Source of the DNA: an uncultured Hormoscilla sp.
GTDB taxonomy: Bacteria > Cyanobacteriota > Cyanobacteriia > Cyanobacteriales > Desertifilaceae
Assembly (NCBI GenBank): GCA_963921275.4
Contig: OZ001293.3
Span: 4,000,001 to 4,064,000 of the forward strand
Direction: 5' to 3'
DNA: 64,000 nt
Position numbers and translations under genes: made by a program
Shown: piece by piece, positions 40,583 through 51,753 of the stretch
How positions within the stretch are numbered: position 1 is the stretch's first letter
How the letters are laid out: every line of letters begins with the position of its first letter
Notes under the pieces: generated by a model
Seen by the model: only the letters and a program-made list of their open reading frames with translations
What the model was told of the DNA's origin: nothing
Database searches by the model: none

Positions 40583-41593
40583 TCAGGCAGCTTCTGATGG
40601 CTGCTGATATTTCAGTAACACGCCATTGTTACCAATGATAAACCCCTTCTCTGGCGTCAAGAAAATAATCTTGTAAAAATTTGAAGGGATATCTTCTACT
40701 TCGCGGTCTTTTTGCCATGTCGAACCACCATCGAAACTACACAGCAAATTCCCGCTACCACCCGCCACCCAAATTTCTGTTGGCGTGCGGTATGCCAAAT
40801 CTAGTAAACCCCAGCTAGTCGCCTTTTCCGGATATATAGCTGGTTCCCACTCCTCAAAGTTATCTGGTTTGGTAAACTGGATCTGACCGCCTCTTGCCAG
40901 CATCCACAGCCGACCATCTTTACCAAACCCCATATTCTGGAGGCGCCGGGAACTATTGCGGTTATGGGGTTCCCAGGTATCTGCACCTGGGGACCAAGTC
41001 GAATAGAAATTACCCTTCGCTGATACTGTCACATACTTGCCATCAGCCCCACGAGATATATTTCTAAACACCCCCACTGCTTGTTTCACCATCGCCTTCC
41101 AGGTTTTCCCACCGTCTGTCGTTTGATATATTGCCCCCACATCTGTCGTCATCTCTGCCGAGGATGGTCCGAGAGCTAATATACTTTTAGTATTGCCCGG
41201 TAGTTTAGCACTCAGGGGGATCCGAGACCATGTCTCACCTGCATCTGTAGTATGCAGCAGAATTGAAGGGATGCCCACCATCCATCCTTCATCACCCGAA
41301 AAACTCACCGATGTCAAGCGAACTTTTTCCCCATCCAAATCCAGAGTTCTCGGTTTCCAGGTTTTGCCACCGTCTTTCGTTTCCAAGATGGTCGCGTTGC
41401 TACCCACCAACCACCCATGCATCAGGTCCGAAGTGAACCCTATGTCCTGTAGGGTAGAATCCGTTGGTATTTTTACCTGTTGCCAAGGATTAAACGTCGT
41501 CGATGGCAAATAGGGATTTTTGCAACTCACACAGAGCAGCACCACTACTAATAACGTTACAGCCCGTTGAAACTGTTTCACAATTGATTGCAT
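40583..41593 (-). CDS. ycf48: PSII assembly factor Ycf48/Hcf136
   Basis: BNR-like repeats (TxDGGKTW), RRLQNMG, and position upstream of psbE. Confidence 0.95.
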   Translation of the reverse strand: MQSIVKQFQRAVTLLVVVLLCVSCKNPYLPSTTFNPWQQVKIPTDSTLQDIGFTSDLMHGWLVGSNATILETKDGGKTWKPRTLDLDGEKVRLTSVSFSGDEGWMVGIPSILLHTTDAGETWSRIPLSAKLPGNTKSILALGPSSAEMTTDVGAIYQTTDGGKTWKAMVKQAVGVFRNISRGADGKYVTVSAKGNFYSTWSPGADTWEPHNRNSSRRLQNMGFGKDGRLWMLARGGQIQFTKPDNFEEWEPAIYPEKATSWGLLDLAYRTPTEIWVAGGSGNLLCSFDGGSTWQKDREVEDIPSNFYKIIFLTPEKGFIIGNNGVLLKYQQPSEAA

Positions 41594-41630
41594 CGCCTTA
41601 CCAATCTGGGTATGAACCTAAGCCCGGGTT

Positions 41631-41999
41631 TTAGTTTAAGCCATAAAGACTGATAAAGAACAAGAATGCCAAGAACAGGGCCGCAAAAATCAGCAGATTC
41701 TTTTGTCCTGGCGTCATAGAGTTGACGCCAAATCCATAACCCAGATTCTCTGCAAATCCCGAGGCTATTCCCGCCACACCAATGTTCTCAAACTGGGAAA
41801 TTTTGGCCCCGCAAACGGGACAGCGCCAAGAAGCTGGCAACTCGGCGAACGGTGTTCCTGGGGGGATTTTACCCTGGCCATCACCTTTTGTGGGCTCATA
41901 AATGTAGCCACAGGCTCTACATTCATATCGATCTAGCGTCTGTTCTGCTTTCGTTTCGGGAGTTTCGGTGCTCATTGCGCCGGTAGCCTCCTCAGCCAT
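41631..41999 (-). CDS. rubA: Membrane-anchored rubredoxin
   Basis: CRACGYIY...WRCPVC with a C-terminal TM helix, upstream of ycf48. Confidence 0.92.
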   Translation of the reverse strand: MAEEATGAMSTETPETKAEQTLDRYECRACGYIYEPTKGDGQGKIPPGTPFAELPASWRCPVCGAKISQFENIGVAGIASGFAENLGYGFGVNSMTPGQKNLLIFAALFLAFLFFISLYGLN

Positions 42000-42091
42000 C
42001 TTGCCTGAAATCTTAAAATCTATGTTAAATCTTATTACATCTTCGGGAACTTTTTCAATCTTTGAGATTTTTTTGGTAGCTTTTTTTAAGA

Positions 42092-42269
42092 CAATAGTCC
42101 GGACCGTTTTGGCTGTACGTAGCTGCAAGCCTTGCAGCGTCAGCCTTTGGGAGATAAAGCAATTTTAGGCAAGTTAGCCCTGGGGCAGACATTGAAAAAA
42201 ATAAGGCGCGAAGGGCTGCAACCCTTGTGTTGTGGTCGAAATAGGGTCTAAAAACTGTCCGGAGTATTG
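42092..42269. mobile_element. 178-bp MITE upstream of rubA
   Basis: TIRs CAATAGTCCGGAC / GTCCGGAGTATTG. 6-bp duplication TTAAGA. Confidence 0.75.
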
Positions 42270-42457
42270 TTAAGAGCTACAGATATATAGCTGGTCTATG
42301 GCAATGTGACATGGTAATAATCTAACTATGAGCCACTTTCCCATTTCTAGTCTGTAGCTACTATTGAAAAATAGCGATAGCCGATCTCCCCACAACCTAG
42401 GGTCTACATTAAATAACCGGTTATAGACAGAGTTTGGACCGGTGTATAGATGGAAAG

Positions 42458-42560
42458 TTAGGGCTGGAAGACTGGTGCGGGGGCAATATCAGCTGGCAGG
42501 GGAAAGTCTGTAACCAGTTGGGAGATCGCGGCGATGCGCTCAAAATTGACCACGACGCCG
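42458..42560 (-). pseudogene. DUF4089 (AtzG-like) C-terminal remnant
   Basis: GVVVNFERIAAISQLVTDFPLPADIAPAPVFQP*. Confidence 0.55.
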
Positions 42561-42629
42561 TTGTTGATTGTCATTCTTATTTTAACCACTGGTCCCCCTC
42601 GCAATGCGGTAAAAACATAATTTTGATGC

Positions 42630-43306
42630 CAAAATTGCATAAGTGGTGGAAGATGCCGATGTCAACGTGCGGGCGACAGCTGTAGAAGCCCTGGGTAGTT
42701 TCCACGATCCGCGCGTCCCGCCGGTGTTAATCGCAGCCTTAAAAGATAGTGAGAAAAGAAGCAGCGATCGCTTTGGGTTTCCGAACAGATTTGGCCGGGG
42801 AGTTAAACTTGTTAAGCCATCTGAAACCGCTGCTTTACGATCTGAATATAGAACTGTGCCAGCGGGCGGCGATCGCGATCGGAAAATTCCAGACAGAGGC
42901 GGCGGCGAAAGAGTTATTTTCGGTACTACAATCTCCCCATACACCGGTGAGTTTACAAAAGACGGTAATACAGTCTTTAGGGTGGATGTCAAGCAAGTCC
43001 AGCTTGGAATATTTACAAATTGCGCTTAACAGAGTTGGGGTCGAAAGTCAGCTAGAAATTATCCAGATATTAGGCAGGATAGAGAAAGCCGAACTGCAAC
43101 CATTAGCCGCGCAGATTCTGCTAGAATGGTATGATTTAAACCAGAGGGCGATGGAAACAACGGCCATAAAAAAGGCATTAGCTCATGGTTGGGGACAGCT
43201 GGGAGTGGCATCAGCAGAAGAGGCGATCGCCCAAGCAGGATGCCGGCATCAGCGTCAAATTGCACAAGCGACCCTGAAACATTTGCCGTCTCCTTTGATA
43301 GACTGA
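42630..43306 (+). pseudogene. HEAT-repeat protein, 5'-truncated and frameshifted
   Basis: DADVNVRATAVEALGSF...ALKD and VRKEAAIALG lie in different frames. Confidence 0.75.
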
Positions 43307-43359
43307 AATAATTGTCAATTGTGGGAGTGCTATAATTCAGCATTCAAGAAAATTAGATT

Positions 43360-44424
43360 ATGAGCAAACAGTTTCGAGAATTATTGCAAAAAGTCGGTAG
43401 CGGCAAGCATACCCACAAGGATTTAACTCGCTCAGAAGCTGCTACCGCAATGCGGATGATGCTCCAGGAAGAAGCAACTCCAGCTCAAATAGGTGCTTTT
43501 CTGATTGCTCACCGGATCAAACGACCCACGGCAATGGAACTAGCAGGTATGTTGGATGCCTATGAGGAACTCGGACCGCAACTGGAACCATTACCAGATC
43601 CAGAGAAAGAGGTAGTTGTTTTGGGAGTTCCCTACGACGGACGGGCGCGAACTGCTCCCATAAGTCAGATTACGGCTTTACTGCTGGCGGTCTCGGGCCC
43701 GCGAGTGATTATGCATGGCGGTAACAGAATGGCAACCAAGTATGGTATTCCCGCCTTTGAAATCTGGAAAAGCTTGGGATTGGATTTTGATGAATTGGCA
43801 TTAGCAGATTTGCACTCATTACTCGTACAAACAGGGTTGGCTTTTATCTATATACCAAAACATTTCCCCCAAATTGAACCCTTAGTTGCCTATCGAGATC
43901 AAATTGGCAAGCGTCCCCCCTTAGCAACTTTAGAGTTAATTTGGTCTCCCTATAAACATAAAGTTCATCAGATTGCTGGTTACGTCCATCCGCCAACAGA
44001 AGCCACAGTCAGAGAAACATTTAAGCTGCGGGGAGAAAAAAAATATACTTTGGTCAAGGGACTAGAGGGTAGCTGCGATTTACGACTTTCCCAAACCACG
44101 ATCGTCGCTGTTAGCGATCCCGAAAGTTCAGAAGGGTTTGATTATCTGAAAGCCACTCCTAGGAAATACGGTTTACAGGGTAAGGATGTGGCGATCGAGT
44201 CTGAGGCGCAACTCCTAACAGAGATCGAGCAAGTTGTGCAAGGAAAGGAATCGAAATTGATGCAAGCAGCCATTTGGAACGGCGGGTTTTATCTCTGGCG
44301 TTGTGGGGTTTGTGCTAATATATCCTCAGGAATTAACAAGGCTAAAGAATTACTGAAAAGCAGGAGTCTGGAACAGAAAATGGAGGAAATTAAATCGGCG
44401 ATTAAAGGAAAAAGTGACAAATAA
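43360..44424 (+). CDS. Anthranilate phosphoribosyltransferase-family protein (YbiB/TrpD2-like)
   Basis: ATPAQIGAFLIAHRIK, PYDG, RDQIGKRPP and GYVHPP motifs. Confidence 0.85.
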   Translation: MSKQFRELLQKVGSGKHTHKDLTRSEAATAMRMMLQEEATPAQIGAFLIAHRIKRPTAMELAGMLDAYEELGPQLEPLPDPEKEVVVLGVPYDGRARTAPISQITALLLAVSGPRVIMHGGNRMATKYGIPAFEIWKSLGLDFDELALADLHSLLVQTGLAFIYIPKHFPQIEPLVAYRDQIGKRPPLATLELIWSPYKHKVHQIAGYVHPPTEATVRETFKLRGEKKYTLVKGLEGSCDLRLSQTTIVAVSDPESSEGFDYLKATPRKYGLQGKDVAIESEAQLLTEIEQVVQGKESKLMQAAIWNGGFYLWRCGVCANISSGINKAKELLKSRSLEQKMEEIKSAIKGKSDK

Positions 44425-44501
44425 TAAAGATCGCGCCAGGCGCTAGGAAATTTTTTCGGTTACCAGTTATACTATATTCGATGCGTTTGCCCTGAATTAA
44501 T

Positions 44502-45197
44502 ATGTTCGAGCAACAACCAGAAACTCTACGCCAAAAAGTCAGACAACTATCAGCAGCGGCAATCAGACGTGACGATCCTGCTAGCTGGTTTGAAGAACTA
44601 TATGCCCAGGCCCGAGGGGATTATACCCAGGTTCCTTGGGCAGGATTGACTCTGCATCCCCATGCCCAAGATTGGTTTGAACACTATGGATTTCCAGAGG
44701 AATTTCATGATGTTCCGCGTCATGCTGTGGTGGTGGGTTGTGGACTGGGCGATGATGCGGAAGCTTTGCAAAACAGGGGGTTTCAGGTTACAGCTTTTGA
44801 TATTTCTCCGACGGCGATCGCATGGTGCCAGCAACGGTTCCCCCCATCATCTGTTAACTATCAAGTAGCAGATCTATTGTGCCTAGATTCCAGCTGGCAC
44901 CATGGCTTTGACTTCGTTTTGGAATGTCGTAACTTGCAAGCATTACCGTTGTCGATCCGAGCAACTGCCATCCAAGCAGTTGGGCAACTGGTTGCCGAGC
45001 AGGGAACATTACTGGCGATCGCCCGCCTACGGGAAACGGAGTCTGAACCGGATGGTCCACCCTGGCCATTGTCGAACCAAGAATTAGCTCAGTTAACCAC
45101 CCAGGGCCTTACGGAAATTCGCCGAAAGATGTTTCTTGTGGGTGACGATCCAGTCGTGAAGCAACTTTGGGTCGAATATAAGAGGGAAAGGATCTAA
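44502..45197 (+). CDS. Class I SAM-dependent methyltransferase (TPMT-like)
   Basis: VVGCGLGDDA, FDISPTAI and GPPWPL motifs. Confidence 0.85.
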   Translation: MFEQQPETLRQKVRQLSAAAIRRDDPASWFEELYAQARGDYTQVPWAGLTLHPHAQDWFEHYGFPEEFHDVPRHAVVVGCGLGDDAEALQNRGFQVTAFDISPTAIAWCQQRFPPSSVNYQVADLLCLDSSWHHGFDFVLECRNLQALPLSIRATAIQAVGQLVAEQGTLLAIARLRETESEPDGPPWPLSNQELAQLTTQGLTEIRRKMFLVGDDPVVKQLWVEYKRERI

Positions 45198-45345
45198 TTT
45201 ACGCTCGCCGTCGATGGGTCAGGAGTGGTGTGTCGAGGGTAGAGTTAGGGAAGTCCGGGTCCGGAGTGATCGCAGTTACTCGGGCCACCCTTCGTTATTT
45301 TCGAGCTGCCAATTGAAGTTCGGGACTGGGGTCTCCTATCAGGGG

Positions 45346-45694
45346 TTAGTCGCAAATAGGACTTATTTCAATTGCGACATATCCCATATTCATTATCCTT
45401 ACTTGTTCTCCACCGGCAGGGAAATAACTGTCGATAGCTCCTGGAGCACATGGGACAAAATTTCGATTTGTTATTGGCGGGAATTGAGGAATAACCTCCA
45501 TGGAGTAAACTCCGAACTCATACGGGGAACGGGGCAGCACTGACCTCAATTTGGGGACATATAGGTCCCACGAAGTCCTGGCCCGGGGGTATGCTTATGG
45601 CGTTGGCGGGAAGGACTATGGTTTGTATGAGGGTGATGACTACCGCGAAGACGGCTAGCCATTGGGTGACTTGGTTCATGTACTTCTTCATTTG
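45346..45694 (-). pseudogene. Small secreted protein, probably frameshifted
   Basis: The signal peptide MKKYMNQVTQWLAVFAVVITLIQTIVLPANA in one frame continues into PYEFGVYSMEV...ISPICD in another. Confidence 0.45.
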
Positions 45695-45972
45695 GCTGAT
45701 TTTGGCGCTTGGCAAGGTGTTGAGGTTCTATAGGTAGCAACTTAGGTTAACTATTATTTGTCGATCGCCACCCAATTTTATAGTGCCAGTGTTCCTGAAA
45801 GTAGGTTGGCGATCGCCAGTGTACTGGCAGCGATCGGGTGACAGGGGGGATGCTTGTCCGAGGAAGGAGGCATGAGCCCCCTATGGAACCGGGATCTGAT
45901 TGAGGATTCTGCAACTGGGAGCCAAATATGTAAAAATGTAAAGCGTCCATAGAATGTGATAAATTATCAATT

Positions 45973-46335
45973 GTGTTTGTCCTCAGCGGCTACGAATACC
46001 TCTTAGGCTTCCTACTGATCTGCGGGTTGATACCCGTCGGAGCACTGAGCGTTTCCAAGCTAGTCGGCCCCCGTACTCGCGGTCCAGAACGACGCAGCAC
46101 TTACGAGTCGGGCATTGAACCAGTAGGGGGGGCTTGGATCCAGTTCAACATTCGCTACTACATGTTCGCCCTAGTCTTTGTCATATTCGATGTGGAGACA
46201 GTATTTCTGTACCCCTGGGCAGTAGCATTTAGCAAGCTAGGACTGCTCGCATTTATCGAAGCCCTGATTTTCATTGCCATTCTGGTCGGAGGTCTTGTCT
46301 ACGCTTGGAGAAAAGGAGCATTAGAATGGTCGTAA
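45973..46335 (+). CDS. ndhC: NDH-1 subunit 3
   Basis: YESGIEP and [24 protein letters not shown] motifs. Confidence 0.97.
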   Translation: MFVLSGYEYLLGFLLICGLIPVGALSVSKLVGPRTRGPERRSTYESGIEPVGGAWIQFNIRYYMFALVFVIFDVETVFLYPWAVAFSKLGLLAFIEALIFIAILVGGLVYAWRKGALEWS

Positions 46336-47054
46336 ATACGACAACCTCAGATATCAAACAGCAACTGCTCAACCCGGTAGAACGCCCGCAAGTCACTAGG
46401 GAACTCTCGGAAAACGTCATCCTGACAACGGTAGATGACATCTACAACTGGGCGCGGCTGTCCTCCCTGTGGCCCCTGCTGTACGGCACAGCCTGCTGCT
46501 TCATTGAGTTTGCGGCCCTGATCGGGTCTCGGTTTGACTTCGATCGCTTTGGCCTAGTGCCCCGTTCTAGCCCCCGCCAAGCTGACTTACTGATCACAGC
46601 AGGCACGATCACCATGAAGTACACTCCCACTCTGGTGCGTCTATACGAGCAAATGCCCGAACCCAAATACGTAATCGCCATGGGAGCCTGCACGATCACC
46701 GGTGGAATGTTTAGCGTGGATTCTCCCTCAGCGGTGCGCGGGGTAGATAAACTGATTCCGGTGGATGTGTACATTCCCGGTTGTCCTCCTCGGCCAGAAG
46801 CGATTATTGATGCGATCGTCAAGCTGCGGAAAAAAATTGCTAATGATTCCCTGCAAGAGCGGGAGCGGATCGGACAAACTAACCGGTATTATAGCATCAC
46901 TCACCAGATGAAGGTAGTCGAACCGATCTTAACTGGCGAGTATCTGAAGTCTGAATCAAGGCAAGCACCGCCCATGCAATTGACAGAAGCAATGGGAATG
47001 CCTGTACCACCAGCGATCGCATCGACGGAAAAGGAGGAAGTCAACCGTGGCTGA
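46326..47054 (+). CDS. ndhK: NDH-1 subunit K
   Basis: [14 protein letters not shown] and PGCPPRPE motifs. Confidence 0.97.
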   Translation: MVVNTTTSDIKQQLLNPVERPQVTRELSENVILTTVDDIYNWARLSSLWPLLYGTACCFIEFAALIGSRFDFDRFGLVPRSSPRQADLLITAGTITMKYTPTLVRLYEQMPEPKYVIAMGACTITGGMFSVDSPSAVRGVDKLIPVDVYIPGCPPRPEAIIDAIVKLRKKIANDSLQERERIGQTNRYYSITHQMKVVEPILTGEYLKSESRQAPPMQLTEAMGMPVPPAIASTEKEEVNRG

Positions 47055-47571
47055 AGAAGAAAAACCAGTACCAACAGAGCCATCACAACCTGTTGAAACT
47101 GGTAAGGTTTCCCAATTATTGACGGAAAAAAACCTTGCTCATGAAGCCTTAGCAGCGGATCGTCTGGGCGTCGAGATGATTAAAGTAGAGCCAGAATTCC
47201 TGCTGCCAGTAGCCAAAGCCCTCCATGAAGACGGATTTAACTATCTCCAATGTCAAGGGGCTTATGATTCTGGTCCGGGAGAGGAGTTAGTCAGTTTTTA
47301 CCATCTGATTAAGGTAAGCGATGATGCCGATCGCCCAGAAGAAGTGCGGGTGAAGGTATTTCTCCCCCGGGAAAACCCCCGAGTTTCTTCGGTGTATTGG
47401 ATCTGGAAAGCAGCAGATTTCCAAGAGCGGGAATCCTATGATATGTATGGCATCATCTACGAGGGTCATCCGAACCTGAAGCGAATTTTAATGCCAGAAG
47501 ATTGGGTAGGCTGGCCTTTAAGGAAGGATTACATCTCCCCTGACTTCTACGAGTTGCAGGACGCTTATTAG
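47047..47571 (+). CDS. ndhJ: NDH-1 subunit J
   Basis: [11 protein letters not shown] and GWPLRKDY motifs. Confidence 0.97.
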   Translation: MAEEEKPVPTEPSQPVETGKVSQLLTEKNLAHEALAADRLGVEMIKVEPEFLLPVAKALHEDGFNYLQCQGAYDSGPGEELVSFYHLIKVSDDADRPEEVRVKVFLPRENPRVSSVYWIWKAADFQERESYDMYGIIYEGHPNLKRILMPEDWVGWPLRKDYISPDFYELQDAY

Positions 47572-47681
47572 AGTCAACAGCCATCTTGGAACGTTTGCGA
47601 ACTAAAAAATGCCCAGAAACCCGGTTTCTTGAAGCAACCGGGTTTCTCAATTCTTGTGAAGAGGACAAAGGGAGCGACAAA

Positions 47682-48254
47682 TTATTCTCTTGATGCTTTG
47701 GTGACAGTGCGATCGCCCGGACCGAGAACAAATTTTAATGGTATGCCCTCCGGGTAGGCTTTGGCAACTTCCCGATAAACTTGATAGTTGGTAGGCAGGT
47801 TGCGCGTTTGTGTTCCAACTTGATAGCTGAGGTGGTACTTGACATCTTTCAACAGTTCCGGACTGCTGGGATCTTCATCATATTCCTGGCGCTGTTCTAT
47901 ATCATCTACAGTGGGGCGGGGAGGCAGAGCAGGCCACCACAGGCCCCGATCGTCGGGTCCAGTGACTGCGCCTTCTGGCTTCTGGCCGTTGCGATTAACT
48001 AAGGAGGTGGAGGCAAAAGTTTCCCGACGTGGGAACTCCCTGTCTCTGGAGTTTGTGGAGTAATTCACCTGCCAGGTATAGGTAACAGTAGCAGTGGCTT
48101 CATACCGATCTGTAAGGATGTTGTTGCAGCCGGTGATGGCGAATAATAAGGTACTGGCTGCCAGAACGGATAAAATAGATCGCGGTCTGGCAGGAGAAAA
48201 ATGTGGGCGATCGCCCGTGATGGGTGTAATTGAATTTTTCTTCATTGAAAACAT
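47682..48254 (-). CDS. Hypothetical lipoprotein
   Basis: Hydrophobic stretch ending in a lipobox-like ITGC. Confidence 0.65.
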   Translation of the reverse strand: MFSMKKNSITPITGDRPHFSPARPRSILSVLAASTLLFAITGCNNILTDRYEATATVTYTWQVNYSTNSRDREFPRRETFASTSLVNRNGQKPEGAVTGPDDRGLWWPALPPRPTVDDIEQRQEYDEDPSSPELLKDVKYHLSYQVGTQTRNLPTNYQVYREVAKAYPEGIPLKFVLGPGDRTVTKASRE

Positions 48255-48379
48255 ACAAAACCTTTAACGCGGCTAGCGATGCAATTTGCTCCGCTAATTT
48301 CTATTCTGTACCCGATCGGACAGCGCAGGGATGATAGTTGTCTGCGATCGGACAGTCGGTGAATAAGGAACTAGCTTGT

Positions 48380-48829
48380 TTACCATCCACCAATCCATTT
48401 ACCGCCCCGGAATCGCCATCTAGGAAACAGCAGCCGCATTACTACCCAAGAAGACAGGTATATAGCTACCCAAACCAGACTGTAGTGCAGTGCAAACCAT
48501 TCTAGGGAAAATTCATGCTGTCGAATGTTTGGTAAACCCATAATTTCGATCAGCAACACTAGCACTACTATTTCAGCATTAGCAGCAAAGAATTGAAGTA
48601 TCCCAGGCCAGTCACGATCCCACCGATACTTCTGCAAAAGCTGATAGAGAACATCCCAGGCTAAACCAAAAAGACCGACATAGAACAATATCCAGTAGTA
48701 TCTTGAGGTGGGTTCAGGTCCCCAATAACCGACAGCGAAGGGCAAGGTGACTAAAACACCAACTGTTCCCAACAGGAATATCCTAGTTTGCCAGCGTCCC
48801 AATAAAGTAGGTGTCATACTCGCTTCCAT
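48380..48829 (-). CDS. Conserved hypothetical membrane protein (4 TM)
   Basis: MTPTLLGRWQTR, RWDRDWP and FPRWRFRGG motifs. Confidence 0.7.
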   Translation of the reverse strand: MEASMTPTLLGRWQTRIFLLGTVGVLVTLPFAVGYWGPEPTSRYYWILFYVGLFGLAWDVLYQLLQKYRWDRDWPGILQFFAANAEIVVLVLLIEIMGLPNIRQHEFSLEWFALHYSLVWVAIYLSSWVVMRLLFPRWRFRGGKWIGGW

Positions 48830-48903
48830 GAATTAACAACAGCCGCCTTTTGAATTGAGATCGAGTTTTATTTAGTATTTTGGCGGTTTCTGCTCCGCTC
48901 TTC

Positions 48904-49512
48904 TCAATTCTGCTCTTCTCGATCCTGCTCTTCTCGATCCTGCTCTTCTCGACAGGTTTCGTCTAGGCAGATTATTTGAGGTTTTATCTCTGCCATATAA
49001 GGTCGTACAACCAGTGCCAGGGAGCTAGCTGCTATTGTTAATGCAATTAAAGCTTTTCCTGGGATAGATATGGACTGCCCGCTTCCCTTAATAACCCAAG
49101 ACCTGGCCATCATGTCATGAAGGGCTTGGTTTTCCTCGGTAAAACTAGCCATGATAAAGCCAATGCACAAACTTAGCCAAGATATTAGCTTGCTAAAGAA
49201 CCTTATGCTTGCTCGAATAAACGAAATTCTGTTTCCTTGCAGGTCGGTTACAATAATCCCAAGGGCTATCTTCCCAGGTCTTGCTTGTAATGGCGAACTC
49301 TCCAAACCTGCGGAATAAATCCATGTAAGTATAGTTGCGCCCATATAGTACAATATCATATAAACAAAATACATCTCTATGTCAGCAATTTTTTCATCTA
49401 ATGCTAGCTTTGGACCAATAACTAATCGACACACAACAGTCAAGATAATTCCATCAATGAATGCAGCTATGAACCTTTTCATAAAACCAGCATACTCTAC
49501 TTCATTTGACAC
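48904..49512 (-). CDS. RDD-family membrane protein
   Basis: YAGFMKRFIAAFID, GKIALG and QALHDMMA motifs. Confidence 0.85.
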   Translation of the reverse strand: MSNEVEYAGFMKRFIAAFIDGIILTVVCRLVIGPKLALDEKIADIEMYFVYMILYYMGATILTWIYSAGLESSPLQARPGKIALGIIVTDLQGNRISFIRASIRFFSKLISWLSLCIGFIMASFTEENQALHDMMARSWVIKGSGQSISIPGKALIALTIAASSLALVVRPYMAEIKPQIICLDETCREEQDREEQDREEQN

Positions 49513-49513
49513 C

Positions 49514-50743
49514 TTATTTCCTCCTTATAACTATACATCCAGAAATAATGTCGTGCAATGTTCGCTTTTTTTTCGTGACTCCTGCCAGAACAAATCCTAT
49601 TAAAATCTTTAAATATGAAATCAGCTTGCTAACATGCCTTTGAGAAGCTTTTTTATAGGTAAGTCTCTTTACCTTAACAGTTGTAACAGCAATTCCAATC
49701 GCCATTTTACCAAGTGTTCCTTGTGTTGGAGAGCTGTCCATAACTGAGCCATAAACAAAACCTATTATGATGTAGTTAAATAACCATAGTGCTAAGAAAT
49801 CCACGTCAGGAGTTGATTCATATGTGATTAAGCTAATGACCAAACTAACTATTATTAAAATCATTTTATCTATAAAGTCTGCTGCAAACCTCCTCCAGAA
49901 ACCTGCATATTTTATCAGCGGCGCCGGTGGATGCGGTTCGATCAAGTCCTCGATCGCCTGCAACGCCTCCATCGCTGACGGATAGCGATCTTGAGAGTCA
50001 CGCCGCACCATCTTGTCTATTATATTTCTCAGTTGAGGGCTAACCGAGATATGGTTGGGCCACATGATTTGACCATTGTTGTTATGCTTAAGTAAGCTGA
50101 GAGTGCTAGAGGGCAGTCCAGCTATAGCCTGGATAGCCATTACGCCTACAGCATAGACATCGCTCGCGAACTCAGGTATGCCATTATCTTGCTCCCTAGG
50201 CATATATCCTGGTGTCCCAATAACAGTTGGTGGTTGCCCCTGCGGGTTAACTACAACACTTCCAACTTTTTTAACTGCTCCAAAGTCAATTAAAACTAGC
50301 TTGCCATCTTGCTTGCGCCGTATTATATTGGAGGGCTTAATATCCCGATGAACAACTCCTTGCCAGTGTACAAACTGCAATACTTCTAGGATATCGTGCA
50401 ACATTTGAATCACGTTTTTTCCCGTCCACTGTCTACCTGTAAATTCCTCGCTCAGAACGTGACCGTAGATCCACTCTTGTACTATATAAAATTCTTTATT
50501 TTCGTTAAAATATTCCCACAGGCTAGGAATCTGGTCATGATTACCCAAATTTTTCAATGTTTTGGCTTCTCTAGCGAACATATCTGTTGCCTTTTGCAAG
50601 GTGTATGGATCCGTCTGCTGAGGCTGGAGTTTCTTGACCACACAATAAGGAACGCCCGATCGCTGCCTATCTCTGGCCAGGTATGTCTGACCAAAGTTTC
50701 CACTCCCTAGGGGTTTGATTATTTCGTAGCGTCCTTTAAGCAT
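49514..50743 (-). CDS. Ser/Thr protein kinase fused to an RDD domain
   Basis: LGSGNFG, VVKK, HRDIKPSN, DFG and GTPGY, followed by YAGFWRRFAADFID...LHD. Confidence 0.9.
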   Translation of the reverse strand: MLKGRYEIIKPLGSGNFGQTYLARDRQRSGVPYCVVKKLQPQQTDPYTLQKATDMFAREAKTLKNLGNHDQIPSLWEYFNENKEFYIVQEWIYGHVLSEEFTGRQWTGKNVIQMLHDILEVLQFVHWQGVVHRDIKPSNIIRRKQDGKLVLIDFGAVKKVGSVVVNPQGQPPTVIGTPGYMPREQDNGIPEFASDVYAVGVMAIQAIAGLPSSTLSLLKHNNNGQIMWPNHISVSPQLRNIIDKMVRRDSQDRYPSAMEALQAIEDLIEPHPPAPLIKYAGFWRRFAADFIDKMILIIVSLVISLITYESTPDVDFLALWLFNYIIIGFVYGSVMDSSPTQGTLGKMAIGIAVTTVKVKRLTYKKASQRHVSKLISYLKILIGFVLAGVTKKKRTLHDIISGCIVIRRK

Positions 50744-50872
50744 GATAGTTATGATAGTGATTTAGTATTATTCCCTACCTACCATATTTCTTCTGCCTAT
50801 TATGACATCAAATTTTGCTTTTGGGCATAAATCTTGATTTTCACCCTATAATAACACATACAGGACTTACAG

Positions 50873-51010
50873 GGCACTGGTGAGCGCCTGATTAAAAAAT
50901 CAGATCAATCCCTTGCTAGTCAAAGGTTTGACCGCTTTATTAACTAATAGCCTCAAATCATAATGGTGTAGGGCATTCAAGCTTTCATTTAACTAGACTG
51001 AACCAGTGCC
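50873..51010. mobile_element. 138-bp MITE in a divergent promoter region
   Basis: TIRs GGCACTGG / CCAGTGCC. 8-bp duplication ACTTACAG at 50865-50872 and 51011-51018. Confidence 0.75.
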
Positions 51011-51051
51011 ACTTACAGCCAGAAGGCAAAGATTATTCCAGGCTCAAGGCA

Positions 51052-51671
51052 ATGCAGGAACTTACGTTAAAATGGACTGAATCCAATTTGGTGAGAATCG
51101 AGACCATTCGGGAACAGCAGCCCAGTAAACATCCTGATACCGTCAGGCTGGGTCGCGACCCAGCCACTTGCGACATTATTTTCAAGGACCAAACAGTATC
51201 CAGACTACACGTGGAAATTTTCTATGACCGCAGGCGGGGTAGCTTTTGCTTACGTAACCTCAAACCTGACAATCCTCCGATGGTAGATGACCAAATCGTC
51301 GGAAGTGCTGAAGTGACCCTAAGTTTCGGTAACATTATCCATCTAGGTCAAACAGAAATCAAAGTCATTGCACCGGTTCCTCCCACGATTTTGCACCCTC
51401 CCCAGCCACGAAAGCCCAGGCAGCCGCCGGTCCAGGAAAAGATAAAGTCCACGATTTGCGACCTCCCCAACGCCCTAGCGGACCCACTCCCCCATCGCCA
51501 CCGCCTGTATTGAGTCCGAATACCTACGCCTTGGTGTGCCCAAACCAGCAATGCAAAAACCCAGATGCTCGGCGGATTGTACCCTATGAATACCTGGGTC
51601 AGACTTGTCCTTGGTGTGGCACTGACCTAGCCAATGCGGGGAGCATTCTCTTACCTCGGGGTAGCAGTTGA
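51052..51671 (+). pseudogene. FHA domain + Pro-rich linker + zinc ribbon protein, frameshifted
   Basis: LGRD...VSRLH...N FHA motifs. CPNQQC...CPWC lies in another frame, with the shift near 51460. Confidence 0.7.
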
Positions 51672-51753
51672 GGTTGAGAACTACTATAGCATATTAAAGA
51701 CTCGTGGGCACAAGTAGAGCTAATGTGATGAAATATAGTAAAGAGGGGATGAT

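Noticed and set aside
42000..42128. N-terminal extension of rubA in the ORF track
   Set aside because: The extension begins inside a MITE. The ATG at 41999 or the next in-frame ATG is more plausible.
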